From: an uncultured Clostridia bacterium
GTDB lineage: Bacteria > Bacillota > Clostridia > Oscillospirales > Acutalibacteraceae
DNA length: 64,000 bases
Reading direction: 5' to 3'
NCBI GenBank assembly: GCA_947593615.1
Contig: CANQDR010000009.1
Coordinates: forward strand, 2,018 to 66,017
Of the stretch, positions 20,462 through 29,982 are shown one piece after another. The translations under genes were made by a program, and so were the position numbers. Under the pieces are notes generated by a model, which saw nothing but the letters and a program-made list of their open reading frames with translations, made no database searches and had not been told where the DNA came from. Position 1 is the first letter of the stretch, and each line of letters opens with the position of its first letter.

Positions 20462-22416
20462 TTATCACCGCGCAGCTTCTTGATTTTATCACGCAAATAT
20501 GCGGCGTGCTCAAATTCAAGCAGCTTTGCGGCAGCTTTCATTTCTTTTGTAAGACTTTCTATCAACTGCTGTTTCTGTGCTTTTGAAAGCTTTTTTGTAT
20601 TTTTAAATTCTTTGTCGGTATGAGTTGAAATTTCAAGTATATCGCTTACTTTTTTGACTATTGTCTTTGGTACTATGCCGTGTTCCTCATTATATTTATG
20701 CTGAATTTCACGGCGGCGTTCGGTTTCGGTAATCGCTACTTTCATAGATTCAGTAACGCTGTCTGCGTACATAATTACCATACCCTCGCTGTTTCTGGCG
20801 GCACGTCCAGTAATCTGAATAAGTGAACGCGTACTGCGCAGAAACCCCTCCTTGTCGGCGTCAAGCACCGCTACAAGTGAAACTTCGGGAATATCAAGTC
20901 CCTCTCTGAGCAGATTGATTCCCACAAGCACGTCAAATTCACCAAGACGCAAATCACGCACTATTTCCATGCGCTCAACGGTATCTATGTCGTGGTGCAT
21001 ATAGCGCACCTTTATTCCCATTGTTTCAAGATATGCAGTCAAATCCTCAGCCATTTTCTTAGTCAGAGTAGTAACAAGCGTTCGCTGTTTTTTAGCTGTT
21101 CTGATATTGATTTCAGATACCAGGTCGTCGAGCTGTCCCTCTGTCGGACGAACGGAAATCTCGGGATCAAGAAGTCCTGTAGGTCTGATAATCTGCTCTG
21201 CAACAACCTTTGATTTCTCCATTTCAAGGTCACCCGGAGTTGCACTTACAAACACAGCCTGATTAATTCTTTCATAAAATTCATCAAAATTAAGCGGACG
21301 GTTATCATAAGCTGACGGAAGTCTGAAGCCGTAGTCAACAAGACTTTTTTTGCGGGCATGGTCGCCTGCATACATTCCTCTTACCTGAGGTAACGTAACA
21401 TGCGACTCGTCAACAAACAAAAGAAAATCCTTAGGGAAATAGTCAAGCAATGTAAACGGTGACGAGCCGGGTTCTCTGCCTGACAAAATTCTTGAATAGT
21501 TTTCTATTCCTGTACAAAAACCGATTTCCTGAAGCATTTCCATATCATAATGAGTGCGCTGTTCAATTCGCTGTGCTTCAAGTAATTTGCCGTTTTCTCT
21601 AAAATATTCAAGACGTTCCTGCAATTCTCTTTCAATTTCCGCAAGCGCGGTTTTCATCTTTTCCTTCGACACAATATAATGCGAGGCAGGATATATTGCC
21701 GAGTGCTTTAAAAATGCCTTTAGTTCGCCTGTAAGAGGATTTATTTCGGAAATGCGGTCTATTTCATCTCCGAAAAACTCAACGCGAATTACAGAATCGC
21801 TTGATGCGGCAGGAAAAATCTCAACCACATCTCCACGTACTCTGAACTTGTTACGTATGAAGTTGACGTCGTTTCTCTCGTATTGAAGCTCAACCAGTTT
21901 TTTCACAAGGTCGTCACGGCTTTTCTGCATACCGGGTCTGAGAGAAATTACCATATTGCGGTAATCAATCGGGTCGCCCAAGCTGTAAATACAGGAAACG
22001 GACGCAACTATAATAACGTCGCGGCGCTCGGACAAGGCAAGCGTTGCGCTGTGACGGAGCTTGTCTATTTCATCATTTATTGAGCTGTCTTTTTCAATAT
22101 AGGTATCGGTCTGAGCAACATATGCTTCGGGCTGATAGTAATCATAATAGGATACAAAATATTCAACGGCGTTTTCGGGAAAGAATTCTTTAAACTCACT
22201 GCAAAGCTGTGCGGCAAGTGTTTTATTGTGAGCCAGCACAAGCGTAGGCCTTTGAACCTGTTCGATAACATTTGCCATTGTAAAGGTTTTTCCCGAGCCT
22301 GTTACACCGAGCAGGGTCTGCTCTTTATTGCCCGAATTAATGCTTTTTACGAGTTTTTCTATTGTCTGAGGCTGGTCACCCGTAGGCTTGTATTTTGAAT
22401 GTATTTTAAAATTCAT
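20458..22416 (-). CDS. uvrB: Excinuclease ABC subunit B
   Basis: 652 aa. Motifs seen: [11 protein letters not shown], Walker [13 protein letters not shown], and the C-terminal UVR domain ([12 protein letters not shown]). Confidence 0.97.
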   Translation of the reverse strand: MNFKIHSKYKPTGDQPQTIEKLVKSINSGNKEQTLLGVTGSGKTFTMANVIEQVQRPTLVLAHNKTLAAQLCSEFKEFFPENAVEYFVSYYDYYQPEAYVAQTDTYIEKDSSINDEIDKLRHSATLALSERRDVIIVASVSCIYSLGDPIDYRNMVISLRPGMQKSRDDLVKKLVELQYERNDVNFIRNKFRVRGDVVEIFPAASSDSVIRVEFFGDEIDRISEINPLTGELKAFLKHSAIYPASHYIVSKEKMKTALAEIERELQERLEYFRENGKLLEAQRIEQRTHYDMEMLQEIGFCTGIENYSRILSGREPGSSPFTLLDYFPKDFLLFVDESHVTLPQVRGMYAGDHARKKSLVDYGFRLPSAYDNRPLNFDEFYERINQAVFVSATPGDLEMEKSKVVAEQIIRPTGLLDPEISVRPTEGQLDDLVSEINIRTAKKQRTLVTTLTKKMAEDLTAYLETMGIKVRYMHHDIDTVERMEIVRDLRLGEFDVLVGINLLREGLDIPEVSLVAVLDADKEGFLRSTRSLIQITGRAARNSEGMVIMYADSVTESMKVAITETERRREIQHKYNEEHGIVPKTIVKKVSDILEISTHTDKEFKNTKKLSKAQKQQLIESLTKEMKAAAKLLEFEHAAYLRDKIKKLRGDK

Positions 22417-22455
22417 AACACATCACTGTTTAGTCAAAGTTAAATTAATGTTTCA

Positions 22456-22788
22456 TTACTCAATGGGAAAATCAAGCTGTTCTCTTTTTATGCCTACGGA
22501 TATTCCGTATTCAACAGCTTCTTTCCAAGTATCTTTGTTATCATAATTTAATTCAAATACCTTATCTCTGAAAATAACCAAGACGTTTCTTCCACTCCAA
22601 AAGTGCATATACCACCCGTCACAGATAAACTTTGAAATATTATAAATCTGTTCTTTTGTAACAGTTACCTTTGTTTCAATCCAGTTATCGGCATCAACAA
22701 TGTTTCTTTCAATTATTTTTATATCGTTTAAAACATCTCTGTTGCTAAGGCTTTGTTCTACAATAACACCTATATACATAACAATCAT
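22456..22788 (-). CDS. Hypothetical protein, first gene of the LexA-box-controlled uvrB unit. The alternative start is 22779.
   Basis: 110-aa ORF with no motif I recognise. It lies 39 nt upstream of uvrB with no hairpin between them, and sits directly behind a consensus promoter carrying two SOS boxes. Confidence 0.6.
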   Translation of the reverse strand: MIVMYIGVIVEQSLSNRDVLNDIKIIERNIVDADNWIETKVTVTKEQIYNISKFICDGWYMHFWSGRNVLVIFRDKVFELNYDNKDTWKEAVEYGISVGIKREQLDFPIE

Positions 22789-22812
22789 CTTCCCTTTTTA
22801 TAAAATTATATC

Positions 22813-22859
22813 GAACGTACGTTTTGTATAATTATAGAACATTTGTTTTAAATTGTCAA
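22813..22859 (-). promoter_or_regulatory. SigA consensus promoter with two LexA (Cheo/SOS) boxes
   Basis: On the minus strand the order is TTGACA (22859-22854), a 17-nt spacer, then TATAAT (22836-22831). One box, AAACAAATGTTC (22848-22837), fills the spacer. A second box, AAACGTACGTTCG (22824-22812), lies at or near the predicted start site. Both approximate GAAC-N4-GTTC. Confidence 0.8.
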
Positions 22860-22921
22860 TAAAAATAATTTATTGTATGCGTACACGGTACTGAGTTTAT
22901 TGCAAATTATTTTGAGAATCA

Positions 22922-23626
22922 TTATTCGTAATAGAAAATGTTGCCTGCCATTCCGCTTTCTCTGAGCGAAACAAAATCCTCATCGGTAACAATATAATGG
23001 TCTATCAAATCCACTCCGATACTCAGCAGAGTTTCACGTATAACCCTTGTTGTCGCAAGGTCATTTTGCGACGGCAGTGCTGTACCGCTGGGATGATTAT
23101 GCGCAAGAAACGCTGTTTTTGCATTATGACGAAGCGCAAGATCAACTATTTTGCGAACGGGCATATCGGAAGAATTAATCGAACCCTTTGAAATTATGTT
23201 AAAATATATCATCTTGCCTTTGGCGTCACCAAGCATAAGGGCAACGGCTTCGCTTGTTCTTCCGATAAATTTGGCTTTGAACTTTTCACCTAAATTCTCA
23301 TAATCTATTACATTATCATCCGACATTTTTGATTCATTATACAGCCTTGACATCTCCGGAAGCATTTTAAGAAATACAGCGGCAGATTCAGACAGACCAA
23401 ACTCGCTTTCAAGCTCGTCAATAGGCGCGTCGCACACGCCGCCGATATTCATATACCTGTCGAGCAGTCTGTGCGCCAGCGGATTTGTATCTTTTCTGGG
23501 AATTGCATAGAACAAATACATTTCCAGCGCTTCATGAGGCTCAAAAACATCAAATCCGTTTTCTATGAATTTTTTCTTTAACCGCTGTCTGTGTCCTGAA
23601 TGTTCATGTCCGTTTGATGAAGCCAT
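22922..23626 (-). CDS. radC: RadC-like JAB/MPN domain protein
   Basis: 234 aa. It has an N-terminal HhH-like region (GHRQRLKKKF) and the JAMM motif HNHPSGTALPSQND. Confidence 0.88.
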   Translation of the reverse strand: MASSNGHEHSGHRQRLKKKFIENGFDVFEPHEALEMYLFYAIPRKDTNPLAHRLLDRYMNIGGVCDAPIDELESEFGLSESAAVFLKMLPEMSRLYNESKMSDDNVIDYENLGEKFKAKFIGRTSEAVALMLGDAKGKMIYFNIISKGSINSSDMPVRKIVDLALRHNAKTAFLAHNHPSGTALPSQNDLATTRVIRETLLSIGVDLIDHYIVTDEDFVSLRESGMAGNIFYYE

Positions 23627-23658
23627 AAGATAACCTCTTTTGTCAGAATATCAGTTGA

Positions 23659-24339
23659 TTATTTTACTCCGTACTGCTCATAATATGCGTCAATTGCCGC
23701 TTTCAGCTTATCATCAATTATAACCTTGCCTTTGTATTCTTTGTTGTAAAGATGTTCTACGACCTCTGCCATTGTAACAATTGCAGTTGTTTTGAGTCCG
23801 TATTTTTCTTCAATTTCTGAGAGAGCGCTCTTTTCGCCCTTTCCTCTTTCCATACGGTCGACAGAAACTACAAGTCCTATAGGACTTACGTCTCCCTGAG
23901 CCTTTATAATCGGCAAAGTTTCCTCTATTGAGGTTCCTGCGGTCGTAACATCCTCAATAATAACCACCTTGTCGCCGTCATTTATAGGACTTCCAAGCAA
24001 AATACCCTTATCCCCGTGGTCTTTTACTTCTTTTCTGTTTGAACAATAGCGTATATCCTTGCCGTATTTTTCGCTGATAGCTATTGTTGCTGCTACTGAA
24101 AGCGGAATTCCTTTATATGCAGGTCCGAAAAGAACATCAAAATCCAGACCGAACTTTTCTTCAATAGCCGCAGCATAATACTGTCCGAGTCTTCTCAGCT
24201 GTGCGCCTGTTCTGTAAAATCCCGTATTAACAAAGAACGGTGTTTTTCTTCCGCTTTTAGTTACAAAATCTCCAAACTTCAAAACCTGACATTCTACCAT
24301 AAATTCAATGAATTCCTGTTTGTAAGCTTCCATAGTCAA
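23659..24339 (-). CDS. pyrE: Orotate phosphoribosyltransferase
   Basis: 226 aa. It has the PRPP loop VVIIEDVTTAGTS, plus FGPAYKGIPL. Confidence 0.9.
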   Translation of the reverse strand: MTMEAYKQEFIEFMVECQVLKFGDFVTKSGRKTPFFVNTGFYRTGAQLRRLGQYYAAAIEEKFGLDFDVLFGPAYKGIPLSVAATIAISEKYGKDIRYCSNRKEVKDHGDKGILLGSPINDGDKVVIIEDVTTAGTSIEETLPIIKAQGDVSPIGLVVSVDRMERGKGEKSALSEIEEKYGLKTTAIVTMAEVVEHLYNKEYKGKVIIDDKLKAAIDAYYEQYGVK

Positions 24340-24375
24340 CCTCCAATTATTAATTTACATAATATAACATTCTAA

Positions 24376-24404
24376 ATTTTAACACAATATCTTGTTTTTG
24401 TAAA
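24376..24404 (-). promoter_or_regulatory. Candidate promoter for pyrE
   Basis: On the minus strand, TTTACA, a 17-nt spacer ending in TGt, then TAAAAT. Confidence 0.45.
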
Positions 24405-24499
24405 TGGGAATTACACAGATTTAATCAATATACGGTATGTTTTGTTTTTAATACAACTAATAACTGTGAAAAATTTCAATTATTTCAAAATATTGCTTA

Positions 24500-24546
24500 T
24501 TGACAAATCAGAACAGATGTTCTATAATTAATTAAAACATTTGTTC
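24500..24546 (+). promoter_or_regulatory. SigA consensus promoter with two LexA (SOS) boxes
   Basis: TTGACA (24500-24505), a 17-nt spacer, then TATAAT (24523-24528). A perfect GAACAGATGTTC (24511-24522) fills the spacer. A second box, AAACATTTGTTCG (24535-24547), lies just downstream. Confidence 0.85.
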
Positions 24547-24557
24547 GAGATGATATT

Positions 24558-25832
24558 ATGAATATTTTAAACGCTGTTGACAAAAACAAATATAAAAAAG
24601 ACAGGGTAATTCTTCACAGCGACTGCAACGGATTTTACGCAAGCGTTGAATGTCTGCACAATCCCAACCTCAGAAACAAACCTGTAGCGGTAAGCGGTGA
24701 TGCTGAAAACCGCCACGGAATTATTCTTGCCAAAAATGAAATTGCCAAAAAATACGGCGTAAAAACAGGTGAAGCAATATGGCAGGCAAAACAGAAATGT
24801 CCTGAACTTGAAACCGTTATGCCTCATTTTGAGCTTTACAAACGATTTTCAAAAATGGCGCGTCGTATATACAGCGATTACACAGACAGAATAGAATCAT
24901 TCGGTCTTGATGAAGCGTGGCTTGACGTTACCCACAGCATAGGCAAAAACGGATATGAAACCGCCATTGAAATAAACAGGAGAATTAAGGAAGAACTGGG
25001 AATCACGGTAAGCATAGGCGTGAGCTTTAACAAGATATTCGCAAAATTCGGGAGTGACTATAAAAAGCCTGACGCAATAACGCTCATTACAAGAGATAAC
25101 TATAAAGACATTGTATGGAACTCTCCTGCCGAGGACTTGCTTTACGTAGGCAGGGCAACAAAGAAAAAGCTAAATACTCTCGGAATATACACAATTGGAG
25201 ACATTGCAAATACAACTTTGGGATTTCTCAGAAAACATCTCGGTAAATGGGGAGATCTAATTTACGGCTTTGCTAACGGATATGACTCCTCCCCCGTTGC
25301 CCATATGGACGAAAACAGCGAAGTAAAGTCCATAGGAAATTCAACTACTACTCCAAGAGATATGAAAACCTTTGAAGATGTAAAAATAGTTATGTATGTT
25401 CTTTGCGACAGTGTTTGCAGACGTATGCGAGAGCAGGGGTTTATGTCACGCACCGTAGGAATAAGCGTGCGCGATAACGAGCTAAGTTCATTTACGCGTC
25501 AATACACTATGGATGAATATACTAATTTGACAAAGGATATTACAACCGCCGCAATAAATTTATTCAAAAAAAGCTGTAAAATGCAGCGCCCGCTGAGAAG
25601 CATCGGTGTTTCGGTGACCGATTTTGTTCATGACAACATTCCTCATCAGATGAGCATTCTGAACAACGAGGAACGTCTTATGCAGAACAGAGAGCTTGAC
25701 AAAACAATTGACAGGCTAAAAAAAAGGTTCGGCAATTATATAGTTCGTCCTGCCGTGCTTATTGGTGACAACGGACTTTCGGCATTTAATCCCAAAGACG
25801 ACCATACAATTCATCCTGTGAGCTATCTGTAA
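24558..25832 (+). CDS. Y-family (translesion) DNA polymerase, DinB/UmuC-like
   Basis: 424 aa. Motifs seen: HSDCNGFYASVE, SFGLDEAWLDVT, and SIGVSFNKIFAK. Confidence 0.9.
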   Translation: MNILNAVDKNKYKKDRVILHSDCNGFYASVECLHNPNLRNKPVAVSGDAENRHGIILAKNEIAKKYGVKTGEAIWQAKQKCPELETVMPHFELYKRFSKMARRIYSDYTDRIESFGLDEAWLDVTHSIGKNGYETAIEINRRIKEELGITVSIGVSFNKIFAKFGSDYKKPDAITLITRDNYKDIVWNSPAEDLLYVGRATKKKLNTLGIYTIGDIANTTLGFLRKHLGKWGDLIYGFANGYDSSPVAHMDENSEVKSIGNSTTTPRDMKTFEDVKIVMYVLCDSVCRRMREQGFMSRTVGISVRDNELSSFTRQYTMDEYTNLTKDITTAAINLFKKSCKMQRPLRSIGVSVTDFVHDNIPHQMSILNNEERLMQNRELDKTIDRLKKRFGNYIVRPAVLIGDNGLSAFNPKDDHTIHPVSYL

Positions 25833-25905
25833 CATTGAAGAACGCAGTACGACAAAAAACTTGCTTGAAAAATTTTTTACTCTATCAAACAAAGAGGTCT
25901 TTTAT

Positions 25906-26145
25906 ATGAAAAAATACATTAAAGTAACCGCGACCTTTGACTGTGACGGAAATTTAATTCCCGAATGTATATACTGGGACGATAACAGAAAATATCCCAT
26001 TGACAAAATAACAGATGTAAGATATGCCGCTTCTTTGAAAGCAGGAGGCGCAGGAATAAGATATACATGTATGATACTCGGAAAAGAACGCTTTTTGTTT
26101 TTGGAAGAAAACAGATGGTTCGTTGATGCAAAAGAAAACAAATGA
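25906..26145 (+). CDS. Small hypothetical protein co-transcribed with the Y-family polymerase
   Basis: 79 aa counted from the ATG at 25906, which has AAAGAGG 6 nt upstream. The track ORF starts earlier, at a TTG. A terminator follows. Confidence 0.6.
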   Translation: MKKYIKVTATFDCDGNLIPECIYWDDNRKYPIDKITDVRYAASLKAGGAGIRYTCMILGKERFLFLEENRWFVDAKENK

Positions 26146-26240
26146 GATATTTTCATATCTTCATAAATATGAGCGAAAAGAAAAACAACTCAGCCTATTT
26201 GAGTTTTAATACCAATTTTTAATAGAATTGCTCTCCAATA

Positions 26241-26285
26241 AAACTGACCCCTGACTTTTGTAGTCAGAGGTCAGTTTTATTTTTG
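26241..26285. terminator. Bidirectional intrinsic terminator
   Basis: CTGACCCCTGACT-TTTG-AGTCAGAGGTCAG forms a stem with one mismatch. It is flanked by A-runs and T-runs and sits between convergent genes. Confidence 0.8.
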
Positions 26286-26311
26286 TACTTCAAGTTTATC
26301 CTAAACTATGA

Positions 26312-26803
26312 TTATTCCTTCTTAAAATAAACCTCATAATCGTTATAGCCAACAACAACATACTGTATTTCATCATTATTGCGTTCAAGTTTGAATGAAG
26401 TGACTGTTCCCTCATCAAAAACGACATCAACTGTCGAATCATCTTTCACAGTGTATGTTCCGCTGTGCGTGCCGTCGTCGGGATCACCGGGAGAAAGCCA
26501 TAATGAAAACGTACCGTCATCCTTAAATACAAGATTACCCTTGTATGATGAGTATTTCGTATTATATACCTCGCTCAGCTCAACCTCATCACCGCTTGAA
26601 TTCATTGCCGAAGAAGCAGTCCAAGTGCAATTTGTGAGCTGAGATGTTTTTGACATAAAGAGAAAAGGATTTACGGAAACGACTACTATTATTGCCGTGA
26701 TAATAACTGCTGTAATTATTGCAATAATTATCGGCGCCTTTTTCATCTTCTTTTTCTTATTGACGTTTTTATTGTTTTTAGATGTCTTCTTTTGTTTGCT
26801 CAT
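26312..26803 (-). CDS. Membrane-anchored extracytoplasmic protein, paralog B
   Basis: 163 aa. It has a Lys-rich N-terminus, one TM, and a beta-rich domain ending YEVYFKKE. It is a paralog of the upstream ORF. Confidence 0.65.
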   Translation of the reverse strand: MSKQKKTSKNNKNVNKKKKMKKAPIIIAIITAVIITAIIVVVSVNPFLFMSKTSQLTNCTWTASSAMNSSGDEVELSEVYNTKYSSYKGNLVFKDDGTFSLWLSPGDPDDGTHSGTYTVKDDSTVDVVFDEGTVTSFKLERNNDEIQYVVVGYNDYEVYFKKE

Positions 26804-26815
26804 ATAATCACCATA

Positions 26816-27445
26816 TTATAAGCTGAAATACACATCATATCCGCCGTAATTGATTATAAGCTCCGACGGAGCATCGCCGTCCCACTGCGTAACGGTTACA
26901 GCCATATTTTTATCGTTTGTATATGTCGCAATTATAGAGTCGCCCTCAACTGCATACGCGCCTGAGTTAACCGAAGATGACGCAAATGACTCAGAAAAAC
27001 TTCCGTCGCTGTTAAAGGTTATAACGCCACCGCCGTAGGAGCTTCCGAAAACCTCTTTCAGAGTACACTCATCTCCTGTTAATGTGTCAACAGCCTTATA
27101 AGGAGCATATGTGGCGTTAAAATATTTGACATCTTCCTCACTGTTTGTAGGAACAACAACATTTTGAGTTTCTGAGTTCTGAGCCTCAGATGTTTCACCC
27201 TGTGATTCAGCATTTGACTCTGCACTCGTCTGCTGCTGAATTTCAGAAGACGATACATCTTCATCTGTTTCCTGCTGAGTTAAAACCTGTGATGTTGTGC
27301 CTTGTGTGGTAACGGCAGGTGATTCAGACTTTTTGCCGACATTTAAGAATATTATTATACATACCACAGCAATAATAACTGCCGCGGCAATGCATATTAT
27401 AATTACAGGTTTTTTTGAAGCTTTTGTACCGTGTCTGCCAGCCAT
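26816..27445 (-). CDS. Membrane-anchored extracytoplasmic protein, paralog A, with an acidic Ser/Thr/Gln/Glu-rich linker
   Basis: 209 aa. It has one TM, a low-complexity linker (TTQGTTSQVLTQQETDEDVSSSEIQQQTSAESNAESQGETSEAQNSETQ), and the same C-terminal domain, ending YDVYFSL. Confidence 0.65.
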   Translation of the reverse strand: MAGRHGTKASKKPVIIICIAAAVIIAVVCIIIFLNVGKKSESPAVTTQGTTSQVLTQQETDEDVSSSEIQQQTSAESNAESQGETSEAQNSETQNVVVPTNSEEDVKYFNATYAPYKAVDTLTGDECTLKEVFGSSYGGGVITFNSDGSFSESFASSSVNSGAYAVEGDSIIATYTNDKNMAVTVTQWDGDAPSELIINYGGYDVYFSL

Positions 27446-28399
27446 TTAATTATTCTCCTTTTCTTCAGCATCTTTTTTAAGCTTAACAAGAATGCTGCGC
27501 TTAACCATTTTTCCGTTATAATAAATATATTCATCACCGTCACGCGACTCATCTACTTCCAATTCGGAAAAGCTGTCGGCTATGTTCGGTTTTTCTTCAT
27601 CATCAAAAAAATTGCCTTTTTTTCTGTTTTCTATTTTTTTATCAATTGTTTTGCTCTTTTCATCTTTGTCTACAATCATTGTGTACATTGTTTTATATAC
27701 TGCAGAATTGATGACATACGACATAACGGATGGAACTAAAAACAATGCAAGAATAATTGTTGCAATAATTACAGCAACTGCATTGTAACAACAGAAAAGC
27801 ACGGTTGCACAAACAAGAAAAATCACCAAAAGCCCGAAAGTTGCAAAAATATTATGCTTAAACTCTCCAAAAGTCATAAGCGCGCTGTTTTTATAAATAT
27901 TTTTCATCGAGATGTCAAAGGTTACTGTCATAGGTGGAATATAAAAAAATGCAAAAAGGAAAAATACTGCTACAACAATACTCAACGCAAGCAAACAATA
28001 AAACATTCCATTGTATTTTCCAAAGCTTGCATACATTACTATTGAATAATAACTGAAGAATATTGCTGCATAAAATACAACTCCGTGGAATAAAAATCTC
28101 AGAAAGTTTTCTTTTACTCCGGCAATAAAATTACTCAATACGTTCACATCTTTTTCTCCGCGAACCATATGCGATGTTACCTGAGTAATTCCCGCATAAA
28201 AAGGAAATAACGGAATCACCGTAAGAAAGAGAATAAAATTAGAATTTATTCCCGTAATTATATTAATTAATTGAAAAATTCCGCCAAAAAACGCAAACGG
28301 TATTGCAAATAAAAGATTTGTAAGCAACAGTTTCGGGAAATTTTTAAATAAAGATGAAAAAAAGTTTGTCAGAGCAATTGAGTTTTTCTCCGATGACAT
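27446..28399 (-). CDS. Polytopic membrane protein (DUF624/YesL-like) with a charged C-terminal tail
   Basis: 317 aa with about 6 TM segments and a YesL-like N-terminus (FKNFPKLLLTNLLFAIPF). The family call is from memory. Confidence 0.55.
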   Translation of the reverse strand: MSSEKNSIALTNFFSSLFKNFPKLLLTNLLFAIPFAFFGGIFQLINIITGINSNFILFLTVIPLFPFYAGITQVTSHMVRGEKDVNVLSNFIAGVKENFLRFLFHGVVFYAAIFFSYYSIVMYASFGKYNGMFYCLLALSIVVAVFFLFAFFYIPPMTVTFDISMKNIYKNSALMTFGEFKHNIFATFGLLVIFLVCATVLFCCYNAVAVIIATIILALFLVPSVMSYVINSAVYKTMYTMIVDKDEKSKTIDKKIENRKKGNFFDDEEKPNIADSFSELEVDESRDGDEYIYYNGKMVKRSILVKLKKDAEEKENN

Positions 28400-28413
28400 T
28401 GAGGACCTCCGGT

Positions 28414-29091
28414 TTAAAAATTAAAAGCCCCTGCAAACAGCGTCCATAAAACCGCATCAATCAAAGCCGCGCAAAACGTCATTATAAGTGATGACATAAG
28501 ACGTGAGCAAAAGCTGATTGCTCCCTGCCGCAAAGGGTGTTTCGGCAATTCCTTGCCAACCATGCACAAAAACATTCTTTTTGAAAAATAAAAAGCATGC
28601 GCCGACAGCATTACAAGTGCAATGCAGAACAAAAATGTTCCGGGAAGCAACACAAGCAGATAAAAGCCAACTCCCATAAGCGAGTTTGTCAAAAACAAAT
28701 AACCGGCTGTAATACCTGTTCCAAAACCCTTGAACAAAATAACAAAAGGCATTACCGGTATTCCCCACGGAGTAAGACCAAGTAAAAATACAGTAAATAA
28801 AAATATAAAATCAGACGCAAAACAGGCGCAGAATATACCTACAACATTTTGAGTCATACGTGCGTCAAGATTTGTTGTAAAAAGAAAATCAAGCGAATTA
28901 AGCATCGGCGTGTCAGCGTTCTGCGCATATGCAGAGCCGTAAGCAAGTCCGATAAACAACAGCAATACAAATATAATTCTTATTCCGTACCGCTTTGCAA
29001 TGTAACGAATGTCGCTAAAAGTTATTTGCTTTACGCGACGTTTTCCTTTTCTGAAATCTGATTTTTTAAATGAAAATACTACACCTTTCAT
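28414..29091 (-). CDS. spoIIM: Stage II sporulation protein M-like membrane protein
   Basis: 225 aa. The layout and motifs parallel B. subtilis SpoIIM: GIPVMPFVILFKGFGTGITAGYL corresponds to GLPVVLVMLFLKGVVVGFTVGFL, and LLPGTFLF corresponds to LPQNILLI. Confidence 0.6.
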   Translation of the reverse strand: MKGVVFSFKKSDFRKGKRRVKQITFSDIRYIAKRYGIRIIFVLLLFIGLAYGSAYAQNADTPMLNSLDFLFTTNLDARMTQNVVGIFCACFASDFIFLFTVFLLGLTPWGIPVMPFVILFKGFGTGITAGYLFLTNSLMGVGFYLLVLLPGTFLFCIALVMLSAHAFYFSKRMFLCMVGKELPKHPLRQGAISFCSRLMSSLIMTFCAALIDAVLWTLFAGAFNF

Positions 29092-29160
29092 AAAAACATT
29101 CCTTTCGTTTTATGGTTGTCCCAATAAAACTTATGCGGAATGTTTTAATATTATGAAAAG

Positions 29161-29961
29161 TTATTTTCCGAGCTCCTCGGCTCTTTTTGTACAAGCGTTC
29201 ATGGCATCCTGAACAGCCTCATAAAAGCCGTGTTCTCTTAGTTTTTCAAGTGCCGCAATTGTTGTGCCGCCTTTTGAGCTTACCTTTTCAATCAGCACGT
29301 CCGCGCTGTCGCCGCTCTCTCTGAGCATAGCCGCAGAGCCTTCAAGCGCCGCACAAACAAGATTCATTGCCTTTTCATAATCAATTCCCTGATTCTGAGC
29401 ATAATCAGCCATGGCCTTGGCAAAAAGATAGATATATGCAGGACTGCTTCCGTTTACAGCGATAATTTCATTCATATGGTCTTCTGTAATATATTCACAT
29501 ACGCCGCTTCCTGCAAACATATTGTAAACAATTCTTTTGTCTTCTTCGCTGATATTGTCTGACGGGCAAAGCGCAGTCGCTCCCTTTTTAAGCAAAAGCG
29601 GAGTGTTCGGCATAACGCGTACAACAGGACATTTACAGCCAAGACCGTTTTGCACATATGCAATTGAAATTCCTGCCGCAATAGAAACTAAAGTTTTGCT
29701 TTCATTTACAACACTTTTAAGCGAATCCAAAACTTCTGAATAATTCTGAGGTTTTACCGCAAGGACAATAATATCGCAGTTTTCTGCAACTTCTGCTGAC
29801 GACTGACAGATATTAACTCCCATCTTACCCACAGTGCTGCGTTTCTCATCGCTTATATCATATACGCTGATAAAATCTGCTTTACCGTTATTCTGTGCCA
29901 ACAAGCCCTTAATTATAGCCGTTGCCATATTGCCTGCGCCTATAAAACCTATTTTTTTCAT
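29161..29961 (-). CDS. proC: Pyrroline-5-carboxylate reductase
   Basis: 266 aa. Motifs seen: IGFIGAGNMATAII, the Rossmann fold, and SSKGGTTIAAL. Confidence 0.93.
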   Translation of the reverse strand: MKKIGFIGAGNMATAIIKGLLAQNNGKADFISVYDISDEKRSTVGKMGVNICQSSAEVAENCDIIVLAVKPQNYSEVLDSLKSVVNESKTLVSIAAGISIAYVQNGLGCKCPVVRVMPNTPLLLKKGATALCPSDNISEEDKRIVYNMFAGSGVCEYITEDHMNEIIAVNGSSPAYIYLFAKAMADYAQNQGIDYEKAMNLVCAALEGSAAMLRESGDSADVLIEKVSSKGGTTIAALEKLREHGFYEAVQDAMNACTKRAEELGK

Positions 29962-29982
29962 TATAATACCTTCTTCAATTAG

